A stretch of DNA of 64,000 nt from Dehalococcoidia bacterium (lineage in GTDB: Bacteria; Chloroflexota; Dehalococcoidia; UBA6926). Location: contig CBDEUZ010000007.1 of the NCBI GenBank assembly GCA_965243495.1, positions 295,743 through 359,742 on the forward strand. The letters are read 5' to 3'. Of the stretch, positions 10,185-20,740 are shown in pieces (positions within the stretch are counted from its first letter, which is position 1; each line of letters begins with the position of its first letter). Below the pieces are notes generated by a model. It was not told the origin of the DNA and did not search any database. It worked only from the letters and a program-made list of their open reading frames with translations. Both the position numbers and the translations under genes were made by a program.

Positions 10185-10775
10185 ATGTCCATCATTGCCT
10201 TGTCACATGGGTTGCGTGACATTCTGAACCGCGGGGGTTCCGCTCACGTGCAGAACGGATATCCCTCCGGCGACGCCCTCGCAGGTGTTTTCCAGGCGTG
10301 CCAGCGCACACTGACGCAAGCCGTCGAAACGATGTCCGAAGAGGACATGGCATGGCGACCGTTCCCGGAGACGCCCTCCGCTGCCTACTACCTCTGGCAC
10401 GTCGCCCGCGTTCAGGACGCCCTGCTCCACAAGCAGATCCTCAACCGTCCTGAAATCAATGAGACACATGGATATGCGCGGGAATTCGGTCTGCCGCTGG
10501 AGGACACAGGACAGGCATACACCGCAACACAGCGTGCCCACTTCCAGGAGCCGCCAAAGAAGGCGCTGCTGGAGTATTTGGGACTCACGTTCGAGGCCAT
10601 TCTGCGCACCATAGAGGAGCTCGGGCCGGAGGGCTTGGACATCGAGACGGACAGCGGGATGCGGCGCATCCGCTACCTCATCACGCTGACCACCCACGCC
10701 AACCTGCATGCCGGCGCAATCAACCACATCCGGGAAGTTCTCATTGCCTCGAGAGAGGTCCCCGCTGAAAACTGA
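10185..10775 (+). CDS. DinB-family (DinB_2-like) metal-dependent protein
   Basis: 196 aa, His-containing helices (YLWHVARVQD ... HANLHAG). Confidence 0.65.
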   Translation: MSIIALSHGLRDILNRGGSAHVQNGYPSGDALAGVFQACQRTLTQAVETMSEEDMAWRPFPETPSAAYYLWHVARVQDALLHKQILNRPEINETHGYAREFGLPLEDTGQAYTATQRAHFQEPPKKALLEYLGLTFEAILRTIEELGPEGLDIETDSGMRRIRYLITLTTHANLHAGAINHIREVLIASREVPAEN

Positions 10776-11448
10776 TCCCTCGGACGACGGCGTTTCTTCA
10801 TCACGCCGTCCCATCGTCCCCCTCGTCACGCGTCCCGGCCTCTCTTACGAGCGTGAATTGCTCTTGAACGGCGCTCGTACAATAGCTGGCATCGACGAAG
10901 CGGGCCGCGGTGCGCTCGCAGGCCCGGTCGCTGCAGCCGCTGTCATCCTCCCCGTTCGGCCGCTGGCATGGTTCGACGATGTTGACGATTCCAAAAAACT
11001 CAGCGCCCCCGAGCGAGAACGCCTGTCAAAGCTCATCCTGCAAGACGCCGCTGTTGGCCTCGCTATGACGCCCGCAAGCCGCATTGATGCCGAGGGCATC
11101 GCTGCCGCAACTCGCGAGGCTATGCTGGCCGCCCTCAATACGCTCGGCAGCCGCGTGGACGGCATCCTTGTGGACGGCTCGGCGCTGCCCACCTCTAGCG
11201 GTATTCAGCAGATTGCACTCACACGCGGCGACCAGGTCTCCATCTCGGTATCGGCGGCATCCATCATCGCAAAGGTCGCCCGCGATGAGGTCATGCGCCG
11301 GCTGGACACTCAGCACCCAGGCTACGGACTGGCAGCCAACAAGGGGTACGGAACCGCAAAACACCTTGAAGCATTGCGCAAGATCGGCCCCTCTCCAATT
11401 CACCGCCGCACGTTCCGCAACGTTGAAAATGTTGCTGAGCCATCTTGA
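10708..11448 (+). CDS. rnhB: ribonuclease HII
   Basis: IAGIDEAGRGALAGPVAAAAVILP active-site motif. The ORF-track ATG start overlaps the previous gene by 68 nt. The real start is probably downstream (for example the in-frame TTG at 10858). Confidence 0.85.
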   Translation: MPAQSTTSGKFSLPRERSPLKTDPSDDGVSSSRRPIVPLVTRPGLSYERELLLNGARTIAGIDEAGRGALAGPVAAAAVILPVRPLAWFDDVDDSKKLSAPERERLSKLILQDAAVGLAMTPASRIDAEGIAAATREAMLAALNTLGSRVDGILVDGSALPTSSGIQQIALTRGDQVSISVSAASIIAKVARDEVMRRLDTQHPGYGLAANKGYGTAKHLEALRKIGPSPIHRRTFRNVENVAEPS

Positions 11449-11578
11449 CAGGGTATCCCTTCGCCCCCTAGCATGGCGTCGTTCAGATATGGCAACCGAT
11501 TTAGAGCCCCCGAGTACGGGGCACATACAAATTGCGCCGGGTCGACGTATGACTAACGTCGCCGGGGCATAGACGTCA

Positions 11579-12889
11579 GTGTCCGCCCTTCTTTTGCCGG
11601 CGTATCCGCTGGCCTTGATCCTGTTGACGCTGGTTGTGGCGCTTGAGGACGCCTTCTTCCAAACACGGGGAGAGCGGCTGGAGCGGCTGGTTCAACGTCG
11701 ACGACCGGGCGCGCGCCGTCTCGCCCAGCTCCAGGAATCCCACGATTCCCTCGCGATGGCCGCACTTATGATCCGTTCCACCGCAACGGTTCTGTTTGCC
11801 ATCATCAGCTTTGCCCTCATATTGACGTACAGCCCCTGGCCCTCATTGGACGTTCTCTTGGGCATCGTCCTCACCATAGCGGGGGTCATACTGGCGCAGG
11901 CCGCCGGGCGTGTCTGGGGTGGCCATGACGCCGGTCGCCTCGCCCTCGTGTCTGCCCCGTTCGCCGCATTCGTCAACGCCGTTCTTTCCATGCCGGCTTC
12001 ATTCCTTCGCGCTCTGTTCCGCCCGCTTGCCAAGGCTCTGGGGCAGAAAGGGGCGGATAACGCGCCTGCGGAACGCTCGGATCACCGTAACGGCAACGGC
12101 GATCATCCAAACGGCACAGACGCTGCCGTCACTCTGGATGAAGAGTGGGAGCGAAACGTCATGCGGGGCCTCGTCCGATTGGAGTCGCTGGCCGTCCGGG
12201 AGGTAATGGTTCCGCGACCGGATGTTGTTGGCATTGAGGCTGGCTCATCACTCGAAGACGCCGTGCAGATCGTCATGCAGGAGGGATTCAGCCGCCTGCC
12301 CTTGTACCGCGGCAATCTCGACGACACGATCGGCATCGTCTACGCCAAGGATTTGCTCGCCGCGTTCCAGAACAAGGACGAAGATTCACCTCTTGAGTCA
12401 ATCGTCCGTCCTCCGCTGCACGTGCCCGAAACCAAGCGCGTTGGCGATCTCTTGCGCGAGTTCCAGTCACGCCGCGTTCATATCGCCCTTGTTGTCGACG
12501 AATACGGCAGCCTCGTCGGCCTGGTCACTAACGAAGACTTGCTGGAAGAGATCGTGGGAGACATTGACGACGAGTTCACCGCCAGCGAACCACTGGTTCG
12601 CCGAGTGAGCGAGCAGGAGGCCATCGTCGACGCCCGCGCCCCCCTCAAATACATCAACGAGATGTTCAACGTGGAACTGCACGCAGAGGGCGTTGACACC
12701 GTCGGCGGGCTCATTCTCTACGCGTTGGGGCGCATACCGCACCCCGGGGAGACCGTCAGCGACAACGGCTTGACCATGACTATCCTGTCCACCACCGGCC
12801 GCCGTGTCCGCCAAGTGCGCCTCCTTCACGGGGAGTCACCCACCGGAACCGACACTGAAGACCCCACCCCCACCGCCGCCTCCGCCTAA
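11579..12889 (+). CDS. HlyC/CorC-family transporter (DUF21-CBS pair-CorC_HlyC domains)
   Basis: 436 aa. N-terminal TM region, CBS pair (RVHIALVVDEYGSLVGLVTNEDLLEEIVGDIDDEF) and C-terminal CorC domain. Confidence 0.85.
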   Translation: MSALLLPAYPLALILLTLVVALEDAFFQTRGERLERLVQRRRPGARRLAQLQESHDSLAMAALMIRSTATVLFAIISFALILTYSPWPSLDVLLGIVLTIAGVILAQAAGRVWGGHDAGRLALVSAPFAAFVNAVLSMPASFLRALFRPLAKALGQKGADNAPAERSDHRNGNGDHPNGTDAAVTLDEEWERNVMRGLVRLESLAVREVMVPRPDVVGIEAGSSLEDAVQIVMQEGFSRLPLYRGNLDDTIGIVYAKDLLAAFQNKDEDSPLESIVRPPLHVPETKRVGDLLREFQSRRVHIALVVDEYGSLVGLVTNEDLLEEIVGDIDDEFTASEPLVRRVSEQEAIVDARAPLKYINEMFNVELHAEGVDTVGGLILYALGRIPHPGETVSDNGLTMTILSTTGRRVRQVRLLHGESPTGTDTEDPTPTAASA

Positions 12890-13094
12890 ACGCACGCCCT
12901 TTTCGTCATTCCCGCGAAAGCGGGAATCCAGTGCCGCCCGCAGGGCGGCCTTCCACTCTCGGTCACCCTGAGTGTAGTCAAAGACCCCCGCTCACCTTGA
13001 GCCTGTCGACAGGCGGGGGTGGCATCCCCGGCCCAAAACAAATATGGGGGGCGCCCATGGGCGCCCCTCATCAATTGCAGCTATTGGATGTAGG

Positions 13095-13667
13095 CTACTT
13101 GTTGCCCAGCGTCGGAGCCTCACCCGGGCCGTACACGCGGATTGCGGTGCTCGCAGCCGCCGGTCCGGACGCTCCTTCCGGTGTGCGACTGCCCACTGCG
13201 ACAACCGTCCACACGCCGGGCGGCAAATCCTCCGGGATGGCGGGCAACAGATCCGTGCCGACAACCATCTCAAGCGCACCGGAAGAATTCACCTGGGCGC
13301 TTCCCATCTGGTAGTCGCTTCCTGCGCCACCTGCTTCACGAATGTACAGTGTCACGTCATCCCGTCGCGGGAAACCGGACAGCCTGAATGTCACCCGTGT
13401 CGTTCCCGGAACGAGGATGACGTTTGAATCGAGAGTATTGATATTGGCTTCCGGGTTGATGGCACCCGGTCCTGCCTCGCCGGCCGCTCCCGCCTCGCCT
13501 GCTGCTCCGGGCTCTCCTGCCTGGCCGGGCGGCCCCGGCTGACCGTCAATGCCGTCAGAACCGGGCGCTCCTGCGGGACCTGCGGGGCCTCGCTCACCCT
13601 GCTCACCTTGTGGACCCGTGCATGCCGCTAAAACGAGAATAAAGGCTGCAATAAGAACAAGGGGCAT
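13095..13667 (-). CDS. collagen-like triple-helix-repeat lipoprotein
   Basis: Signal peptide [16 protein letters not shown] with an LAAC lipobox, then 18 uninterrupted G-X-Y triplets ([22 protein letters not shown]...), then a ~110-aa C-terminal domain. The ORF track extends to 13778. The start at 13667 is preferred because of an AGGGAAAG Shine-Dalgarno 8 nt upstream. Confidence 0.6.
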   Translation of the reverse strand: MPLVLIAAFILVLAACTGPQGEQGERGPAGPAGAPGSDGIDGQPGPPGQAGEPGAAGEAGAAGEAGPGAINPEANINTLDSNVILVPGTTRVTFRLSGFPRRDDVTLYIREAGGAGSDYQMGSAQVNSSGALEMVVGTDLLPAIPEDLPPGVWTVVAVGSRTPEGASGPAAASTAIRVYGPGEAPTLGNK

Positions 13668-13879
13668 CCAAAATGCTTTCCCTGTAAACACGCGCTGCTC
13701 CCTCCTGCCTAACCCCGTCAAGCGCTGTGTAAATTGGCCGAAATACGCGCGCCAAACGACTGAAAGACACTTAATCATATTGGCGCAGGTAGGGAACTGT
13801 CAAGATGAACAGGCACCGGACAGCCCTCTTCGCGCGAATTGTCGCCTTATCTGGCCACTGGTGTTAAGCCGGTTTCCAA

Positions 13880-13910
13880 CACAGTCCTCACATGTCACGC
13901 GTATAATGAC
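13880..13910 (+). promoter_or_regulatory. candidate promoter for the tRNA-Ser pair (perfect TATAAT at 13902..13907)
   Basis: The TATAAT hexamer lies 22 nt upstream of the tRNA 5' end. The -35 is poor. Confidence 0.3.
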
Positions 13911-13928
13911 CATCGGAGAGGCCCCCAC

Positions 13929-14018
<90 letters not shown>

Positions 14019-14028
14019 TCCTAAAGAC

Positions 14029-14120
14029 GGAGAGGTGCTGGAGTGGCCGAACAGGCACGCCTGGAAAGCGTGTAGGGTCTTACCGGGCCCTCGCGGGTTC
14101 GAATCCCGCTCTCTCCGCCA
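14029..14120 (+). tRNA. tRNA-Ser (anticodon GGA)
   Basis: 92-nt class II tRNA. Anticodon loop CUGGAAA, long variable arm, T-loop GGTTCGAAT, encoded CCA. Confidence 0.9.
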
Positions 14121-14316
14121 CTTCTTTCTACACCCGTTCACCCTGAACCCGTCGAAAGGTTAACCGCCAACCATGTCTGCGAGCGCAGCGAAGAATCCAA
14201 AACCTCCACTGCTCCACCCATGCCGGAACGCGCAACGCATACTCAACAGGCCCATCGACACTGAATGTGAACTTTAAAATCTTGACCCGTCACACTGAAA
14301 TCGATAGCTTTGAACC

Positions 14317-15495
14317 GTGAACGACGATCTCCCATATTGGATAGCATTTCAGCGCGTCAGCAGGCTCGGCCGGGTCAGATTTGGACATCTCGAGTCGCAT
14401 TTCCCTACTCTGAAAGACGCTTGGCACGCATCAGAGTCGGAACTGCGCGCCACCCGTCTTGATCAACGTACGGTGGAGGAAATCCTTTCAACCCGCGTCG
14501 ACATCAACCCCGAGGATGAGCTTGAGAGACTGCACCGTCACCGAGTCACTGCCTACACCTGGCATGACGAGCAATACCCTGCCCGACTCCGGCAGATCCA
14601 TGACATGCCCCCCGTCCTGTACATCAAAGGAGAACTCAAACCCGAGGATGATCTTTCGATAGCCGTCGTTGGAACCCGCAAGGCCACGCCATACGGACGC
14701 GAGGTCACACGTGAATTCGTCCGAGACCTCGTGCAAGCAGGACTCACAATTGCCAGCGGACTCGCCGCCGGCATAGACTCAACAGCTCACTACGCCACCC
14801 TGCAGAACCGGGGCAGAACAATCGCCGTCCTCGGCAGTGGCGTGGACATCATCTATCCCGCGCAGAACCGCAAGATGGCCGCAGAAATCGTGGAGAACGG
14901 CGCGCTCATCAGCGACTACCCAATCGGTACGCCACCCATGAAAGAAAACTTCCCGCGCCGCAACCGCATTATGAGCGGCATCAGCCTTGGCTGTCTCGTC
15001 ATCGAGGGGAATGAGAAAAGCGGCGCTTTGATTACTGCCCGGCAGGCCCTTGAGCAAAACAGAGAGGTCTTTGCCGTCCCCGGCAGCGCCCTCAGCGAGC
15101 GGAGCCGCGGCCCCAACCTACTCATTCAGAACGGCGAGGCGAAACTCGTGCTGACCACTGAGGACATCCTGCAGGAGCTGAACCTGTCTCAGGAGGACCG
15201 GCAGCTGAATCTTCCGTCCACGACTGAGCCGGTTGACGAAGAACAGGCCGCCGTCCTCAGGGTTCTCAGCCGTTCCCCCATCCACATTGATGAGATCTAT
15301 CGGGCCTCCGGAATGTCCATGCCTGAAGTATCCAGTACCCTGACTATGCTGGAACTGAATGACCTCGTAAGGCAGGTTGGCGGAATGCACTACGTCTTGA
15401 CACGAGAGGCTCATGCGATTTACGAATCTCATAAGGGAACCAGTGACGACGGACAACAGGCGGAAGCCATGACCGCTGAAAATCAGCGCACCTGA
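14317..15495 (+). CDS. dprA: DNA-processing protein DprA
   Basis: 392 aa with a Rossmann-like core (VVGTRKATPYGREVTREF ... AGIDSTAHYATL ... IIYP). Confidence 0.9.
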   Translation: MNDDLPYWIAFQRVSRLGRVRFGHLESHFPTLKDAWHASESELRATRLDQRTVEEILSTRVDINPEDELERLHRHRVTAYTWHDEQYPARLRQIHDMPPVLYIKGELKPEDDLSIAVVGTRKATPYGREVTREFVRDLVQAGLTIASGLAAGIDSTAHYATLQNRGRTIAVLGSGVDIIYPAQNRKMAAEIVENGALISDYPIGTPPMKENFPRRNRIMSGISLGCLVIEGNEKSGALITARQALEQNREVFAVPGSALSERSRGPNLLIQNGEAKLVLTTEDILQELNLSQEDRQLNLPSTTEPVDEEQAAVLRVLSRSPIHIDEIYRASGMSMPEVSSTLTMLELNDLVRQVGGMHYVLTREAHAIYESHKGTSDDGQQAEAMTAENQRT

Positions 15496-15510
15496 AGAGG
15501 CAAAAAGCGA

Positions 15511-17802
15511 ATGACAACCGGTCGAAAGAAGTCGACGACTACACGGAAGACGAAGAAGGCCTCTGCTTCAAGCAATGGCCGCGCAAGCGGTCGCTCATCG
15601 ACGGCGCGGCGAACGAGCAGTTCATCCGGCTCTAACGCGGCACGCGGCGGCGATGTCGTCATCGTCGAGTCTCCTGCCAAGGCCCGCACACTCTCACGCA
15701 TCCTCGGCAACGGCTACAACGTCCTGGCCTCCGTCGGGCACGTCCGCGACCTGCCCAAGAGCAAGATGGCTATCGACGTGGAAAATGATTTCACGCCGGA
15801 TTACGTCGTGCCGCGTGACAAGTCCTCCGTCGTCAAGGAGATCAAGGCCGCCGCAAATGCCGCGGACACCGTTTACCTCGCAACAGACCCTGACCGTGAG
15901 GGAGAGGCCATCTCATGGCACCTAATGGAAGCCGCCGGCATCCCGCAGGAAAGGATGCGCCGGGTCGTCTTTCATGAGGTGACGGAGAACGCAGTCCGCC
16001 GCGCCTTTGACGAGCCGCGCGGCATCGATGTCGATCTTGTCAACGCCTATCAGGCCAGACGTGTCCTTGACCGCCTCGTCGGATACCGCCTCAGCCCGGT
16101 CCTCTGGAGCAAGGTGCGCAAGGGACTGTCCGCAGGCCGTGTCCAATCCGCTGCTCTCCGGCTTGTCGTTGAACGCGAAGCGGAAATCGACGCATTTGTG
16201 CCGCAGGAGTACTGGGAAATCGACGCGAACCTTGCGACACAGGCCGAACAGGCAGAAGACTTTGCTGCCCGGTATCGGGCGGAGCTAGGCGCAAGCCGTG
16301 CTGTCAACATTCCGAATCAGGAAATGGCTGACAGAATTCTCGCCGATTTGCGAGCAAGCAGCTACCAGGTCGAGTCTGTCCGCCGTCGCGAGACAACGCG
16401 CCGTCCCGGACCGCCCTTCATCACCTCTACCCTCCAGCAAGAGGCGTTCCGCAAACTGCGCTTCACCGCCCGCCGGACTATGACCATCGCGCAGCAGCTC
16501 TATGAGGGCCTGCCCATCGGCAATGAAGGCCCAATCGGTCTCATCACCTACATGCGCACCGACTCAACCAACATGGCAAACGAGGCCGTGCAGGAAGCGC
16601 GCGCCGTCATCAGCAACCGCTACGGCAAGGATCACGTCCCCGCCTCTCCCAGGTCCTTCTCGCGCCGTGTCAAGGGAGCGCAGGAAGCCCATGAGGCTAT
16701 CCGCCCCACGTCCTTCATGCGTGACCCGGAGTCGCTGCGAAACTCCCTGAGCCGCGAGCAATTCAACCTCTACCAGCTCATCTGGCAGCGCGCCCTCGCT
16801 TCGCAGACGGCTGACGCAAAGTTCGATCAGACCACCGTCGACATCACGGCCTCCGGCGCGCCGTCCGGCACAAGCCACACCCTCCGCGCCAGCGGCTCCA
16901 TCATGACCTTTGCAGGCTATCTCGCAATCTATCGTGAGGGCCTTGATGAGCCGGATCCGGAGTCCGATGAAGGGCGAGTGCTCCCGGATCTACGTGAGGC
17001 ACAACCGCTAGACATGCGAAACGTCGCGGGAACCCAGCGTTTCACGCAGCCCCCGCCCCGCTATACCGAGGCTACGCTGATACGAGCGTTGGAAGAGCGC
17101 GGCATCGGCCGACCCAGTACTTATGCCGCCATCCTCAGCACCATCCAGGACCGCGGCTACGTGGACAAAGCCGATAACCGCTTCCGACCCCTCAAGCTCG
17201 GTACGGCGGTATCCGGCCTCCTCTCCGAGTATTTCCCGCAGGTTTCCAGCCTTGACTTCACCTCCCGTATCGAGGAGGAGCTCGACGACGTTGCCCGCGG
17301 GGAGCGGGAGTGGGTGCCTGTGTTGCGTGATTTCTACGGGCCCTTCAATGAACGTATCGACACCGCGCAGGAAAAAATCGAGCGTGTTCGCAACATCGAC
17401 GAGGAAACTGATGAGGCGTGCCCGGAGTGCGATGCGAACATGGTTATCAAGCGTGGCCGCTACGGCCCGTTCCTCTCCTGCTCGCGATTCCCTGACTGCC
17501 GCGGCATGAAGCGCATCCAGAAAAGCACGGGGGCCAATTGCCCGAACTGCAGCGGCGAACTGGTGCAACGATCATCCCGCAAGTCCCGCCGCCCCTTCTA
17601 CGGCTGCTCCAACTACCCCAACTGCAACTTCCTCACCAACCAGGAGCCGTTGCCCCAGCCCTGCCCCGACTGCGGCGGCCTCGTTGTTGCCTCAAGTCGA
17701 ACCAATGCGACATGCAACGACAAGGAATGCGGCTGGCAGGGTTCCCGCGAGGAACTCACCGCAGAACAGCCGCAAGCGGAACCCCAACTCGTCGAAGTCT
17801 GA
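15511..17802 (+). CDS. topA: DNA topoisomerase I
   Basis: 763 aa. TOPRIM N-terminus (VVIVESPAKARTLSRILG), the active-site Tyr region, and C-terminal Cys4 zinc ribbons (CPECDANM..., CPNCSGEL..., CPDCGG...). Confidence 0.95.
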   Translation: MTTGRKKSTTTRKTKKASASSNGRASGRSSTARRTSSSSGSNAARGGDVVIVESPAKARTLSRILGNGYNVLASVGHVRDLPKSKMAIDVENDFTPDYVVPRDKSSVVKEIKAAANAADTVYLATDPDREGEAISWHLMEAAGIPQERMRRVVFHEVTENAVRRAFDEPRGIDVDLVNAYQARRVLDRLVGYRLSPVLWSKVRKGLSAGRVQSAALRLVVEREAEIDAFVPQEYWEIDANLATQAEQAEDFAARYRAELGASRAVNIPNQEMADRILADLRASSYQVESVRRRETTRRPGPPFITSTLQQEAFRKLRFTARRTMTIAQQLYEGLPIGNEGPIGLITYMRTDSTNMANEAVQEARAVISNRYGKDHVPASPRSFSRRVKGAQEAHEAIRPTSFMRDPESLRNSLSREQFNLYQLIWQRALASQTADAKFDQTTVDITASGAPSGTSHTLRASGSIMTFAGYLAIYREGLDEPDPESDEGRVLPDLREAQPLDMRNVAGTQRFTQPPPRYTEATLIRALEERGIGRPSTYAAILSTIQDRGYVDKADNRFRPLKLGTAVSGLLSEYFPQVSSLDFTSRIEEELDDVARGEREWVPVLRDFYGPFNERIDTAQEKIERVRNIDEETDEACPECDANMVIKRGRYGPFLSCSRFPDCRGMKRIQKSTGANCPNCSGELVQRSSRKSRRPFYGCSNYPNCNFLTNQEPLPQPCPDCGGLVVASSRTNATCNDKECGWQGSREELTAEQPQAEPQLVEV

Positions 17803-17982
17803 CCCCGTTCTTGTCATTCCGAGCGAAGCCGAGGAATCTAAAGCCTCGCTTGCGCCTCCTAGCCACATGATGCCTCACGCGTAGTCCGTCATTCCCGCGC
17901 AAGCGGGAATCTGAATCCCTTTGCGCCCGCCAAACGGCGTATCCCGACTCACCCGCTTTCAAACCTGGTCTAAAATGTTGGT

Positions 17983-19032
17983 ATGGCACTCAAACCTGCA
18001 CCCACCCTGAACCAACCCGCGGACGCCGCGCCAATTCCTCAGGAGTGGGCGGCTCGGCTCAACGACTTCGCCGTGTTCCTTGAATACGAACGCGGCGCGT
18101 CTCGCTACACCCTCCGCAATTACATGGGCGACATCGGCCTCTTCCTGCAATTCCTGGCAGAAGAGGGTGTTACACGCCTGCCAAACGCCACACGCGACCA
18201 CGCCCAACGTTGGGTCTATGACCTGACGATGGACGGCTCCGCCCGCTCCTCCATCGCCCGCCGCCTCTCAGCGCTCCGCTCCTTCTGGCGCTTTCTCGCG
18301 CGAGAGGGCGTCATTGAAAACCCGGAAACCATCACAAAGACACCCTCACCCAAGATCGGCCGACGACTGCCGGACCTCCTCTCCGAACGTGACGCCGAGC
18401 GGCTTGTCCATGCGCCACTGCGATTCGCGGAGAGCATTGATGCTGCAACCGTGGACAGGCAGCAGGCCCTGCAGCGCGCCCTCGCCCTGCGAGACCATGC
18501 GGTATTGGAACTCGCCTACGGCGCAGGTCTGCGTGTGGCGGAAATCGCCTCGTTGGACATGGCAGGGCTTGATCTCCGTAATCGCGTCGCCCGGGTCTGG
18601 GGCAAACGCTCCAAGCAGCGTGAGACTCTCTTTGGGGAACCTTGCCGAGAGGCCCTCGCCATGTATCTCAACGATGCCCGCCCCCTGCTTGCCCACGGCA
18701 TCAGAACGCGTGCCGCGGTCTTCCTCAATAGCCGTGGTGGTCGGCTGACCACGCGCGGCATTGAACTCTCCCTCAAAAAGTGGGCTCGTGCAGAGGGCCT
18801 CCCGGAAGATATCCACCCCCATACTCTCCGCCACTCCTTTGCCACCCATATGCTGGACGGCGGCGCTGATCTAAGGCTCGTCCAGGAAATGCTCGGGCAC
18901 GCCTCAGTCGCCACCACGGAAATCTATACCCACGTCTCGCAAGCGCAGATGGCGCAGGCCTATGCCCGTGCACACCCGGGCATGAACCGCGACGATGATA
19001 GTGAATCTCAACGAAACACCGTTGCCGACTGA
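17983..19032 (+). CDS. site-specific tyrosine recombinase (XerC/XerD family)
   Basis: 349 aa, C-terminal catalytic motifs HTLRHSFATHMLDGGADLRLVQEMLGHASVATTEIYTHV. Confidence 0.85.
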   Translation: MALKPAPTLNQPADAAPIPQEWAARLNDFAVFLEYERGASRYTLRNYMGDIGLFLQFLAEEGVTRLPNATRDHAQRWVYDLTMDGSARSSIARRLSALRSFWRFLAREGVIENPETITKTPSPKIGRRLPDLLSERDAERLVHAPLRFAESIDAATVDRQQALQRALALRDHAVLELAYGAGLRVAEIASLDMAGLDLRNRVARVWGKRSKQRETLFGEPCREALAMYLNDARPLLAHGIRTRAAVFLNSRGGRLTTRGIELSLKKWARAEGLPEDIHPHTLRHSFATHMLDGGADLRLVQEMLGHASVATTEIYTHVSQAQMAQAYARAHPGMNRDDDSESQRNTVAD

Positions 19033-19197
19033 TAAAATAACCACAAAGGGCTATACCGCAGTTGCAGGAACACGGAACACTGACTATTCTGACTGACCGA
19101 CACTGAACGCGAACAATGCATACATCGGCTACCAACGCCGGAACGCGCAAGAACAAACTCATAGGCCATTCAACAACGAACGCGAACGACAGAAAAC

Positions 19198-19638
19198 ATG
19201 AGGGTATTGCTGATCAACGGCCCTAACCTGAATCGCCTGGGCCACAGGGATCCTGCCGTTTACGGCACAACAACGCTGGCTGAAATCGAGGCCGCGTTCT
19301 CCGCGCGCGTGAAAGAGCACGGCGCAGAATGCGTTTGCTTCCAGTCGAACCACGAAGGGGCCATCGTCGACTTTCTCCAGTCTCAGATTCCGAACGGCAT
19401 CGACGGCATCGTCATAAACCCCGGCGCGCTCACGCACTACGGCCTCAGCCTTCGCGATGCCTTGCAGGACGTTGGCGCGCCCACCGTGGAGGTCCATCTC
19501 TCAAACATCCACGCTCGTGAAGAATTTCGACGCCGCAGCGTCATCGCACCCATTGCCCGTGGACAGATGACCGGTTTCGGCTGGCGCGCCTACCTCTGGG
19601 CGCTGGACTATCTCATCGACGAATTCGACAAGGACTAA
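19198..19638 (+). CDS. aroQ: type II 3-dehydroquinate dehydratase
   Basis: 146 aa, MRVLLINGPNLNRLGHRDPAVYG. Confidence 0.9.
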   Translation: MRVLLINGPNLNRLGHRDPAVYGTTTLAEIEAAFSARVKEHGAECVCFQSNHEGAIVDFLQSQIPNGIDGIVINPGALTHYGLSLRDALQDVGAPTVEVHLSNIHAREEFRRRSVIAPIARGQMTGFGWRAYLWALDYLIDEFDKD

Positions 19639-19645
19639 GGACAAC

Positions 19646-20734
19646 ATGAGTGTCACAAATCGACTAACCAAGTTGCGCGAGACAATGGATCCCTCCGGCG
19701 TGGATGCCGTGTGGGTCTCACAGCCTGAGAACCGCCGCTATATGAGCGGATTCAGCGGTTCCGCCGGCTCCCTCTTCATCACCCCCGAAAGCGCGATGCT
19801 CGCCACCGACTCCCGCTACACGGAGCAGGCGGGCACGCAGTCGCCGGAATACCAGATCGTCCACATGGCCGGACCGGGCGGTGAGTGGTTCAAGGAGATG
19901 CTGGCGTCCATGGGCGACGCGAAGCGGGTCGGCTTTGAGGAAACACACGTTACCGTTGCGACCCACAGACGGCTTGCCGAACTCTGCGGCGAGGCCGGCA
20001 AAGAACTCGTCCCCATGAACGACACTATTGAGTTGATCCGTGCCGTCAAGGATGAAGCCGAGCGCGACGCCCTCCTCACCGCCATCCGCATAACCGATGA
20101 GGCATTCGTCGAAGTGCGCGATGGACTGGAGCCGGGCGCGTCCGAGAAGGACGTGGCGTGGCGCATCGAGAAGGCCATGCGTGAACGCGGCGCGGAGGCG
20201 CTGGCTTTTGAGTCGATTGTCGCCTCTGGCCCACACGGAGCGCGGGCGCACCATACCCCCACAGAGGAGCCGATCGATGTTGGCGTTCCCATCGTCATGG
20301 ACATCGGCGCCCGCTTTGAGGGATACCACGCGGACATGACACGGACCATCTGCATCGGCGACTATGACGACCAGTTCCGCCGCATCTATGACATCGTCCT
20401 GACCGCCCAGGAGACGGCGATCGCCACCATCGAAGAGGGAATGACAGGCAGCCAGGCGGACTCCCTCGCGCGGGACATCATTGAAAAAGCAGGGCACGGC
20501 CCCGAGTTTGGACATTCTCTCGGCCACGGTGTCGGGCTCGCTGTCCACGAGTATCCGCGCCTTGGACAGCGCGCGCCGGATGTGCTGGAGCAGGGGATGC
20601 TATTTACCGTGGAGCCCGGCATCTACATCACCGGTTGGGGCGGTGTCCGCATTGAGGACATCGTTGAGTTCAGGGACGGTCGCTGCCAGCCTTTGAGCAA
20701 AGCCCCCAAGATCAACGTGAAGAACGGGAGTTAG
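19646..20734 (+). CDS. M24-family Xaa-Pro aminopeptidase
   Basis: 362 aa, metal-ligand motifs (HGVGLAVHE, GIYI). Sits in the conserved aroQ-pepP-efp arrangement. Confidence 0.85.
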   Translation: MSVTNRLTKLRETMDPSGVDAVWVSQPENRRYMSGFSGSAGSLFITPESAMLATDSRYTEQAGTQSPEYQIVHMAGPGGEWFKEMLASMGDAKRVGFEETHVTVATHRRLAELCGEAGKELVPMNDTIELIRAVKDEAERDALLTAIRITDEAFVEVRDGLEPGASEKDVAWRIEKAMRERGAEALAFESIVASGPHGARAHHTPTEEPIDVGVPIVMDIGARFEGYHADMTRTICIGDYDDQFRRIYDIVLTAQETAIATIEEGMTGSQADSLARDIIEKAGHGPEFGHSLGHGVGLAVHEYPRLGQRAPDVLEQGMLFTVEPGIYITGWGGVRIEDIVEFRDGRCQPLSKAPKINVKNGS

Positions 20735-20740
20735 CACGGA

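Noticed and set aside
10708-10857. 50-aa N-terminal extension of rnhB overlapping the DinB gene
   Set aside because: The extension is low complexity and lacks RNase HII homology. An in-frame TTG at 10858 gives a normal-length N-terminus. The ORF coordinates are kept in the feature list with a note.
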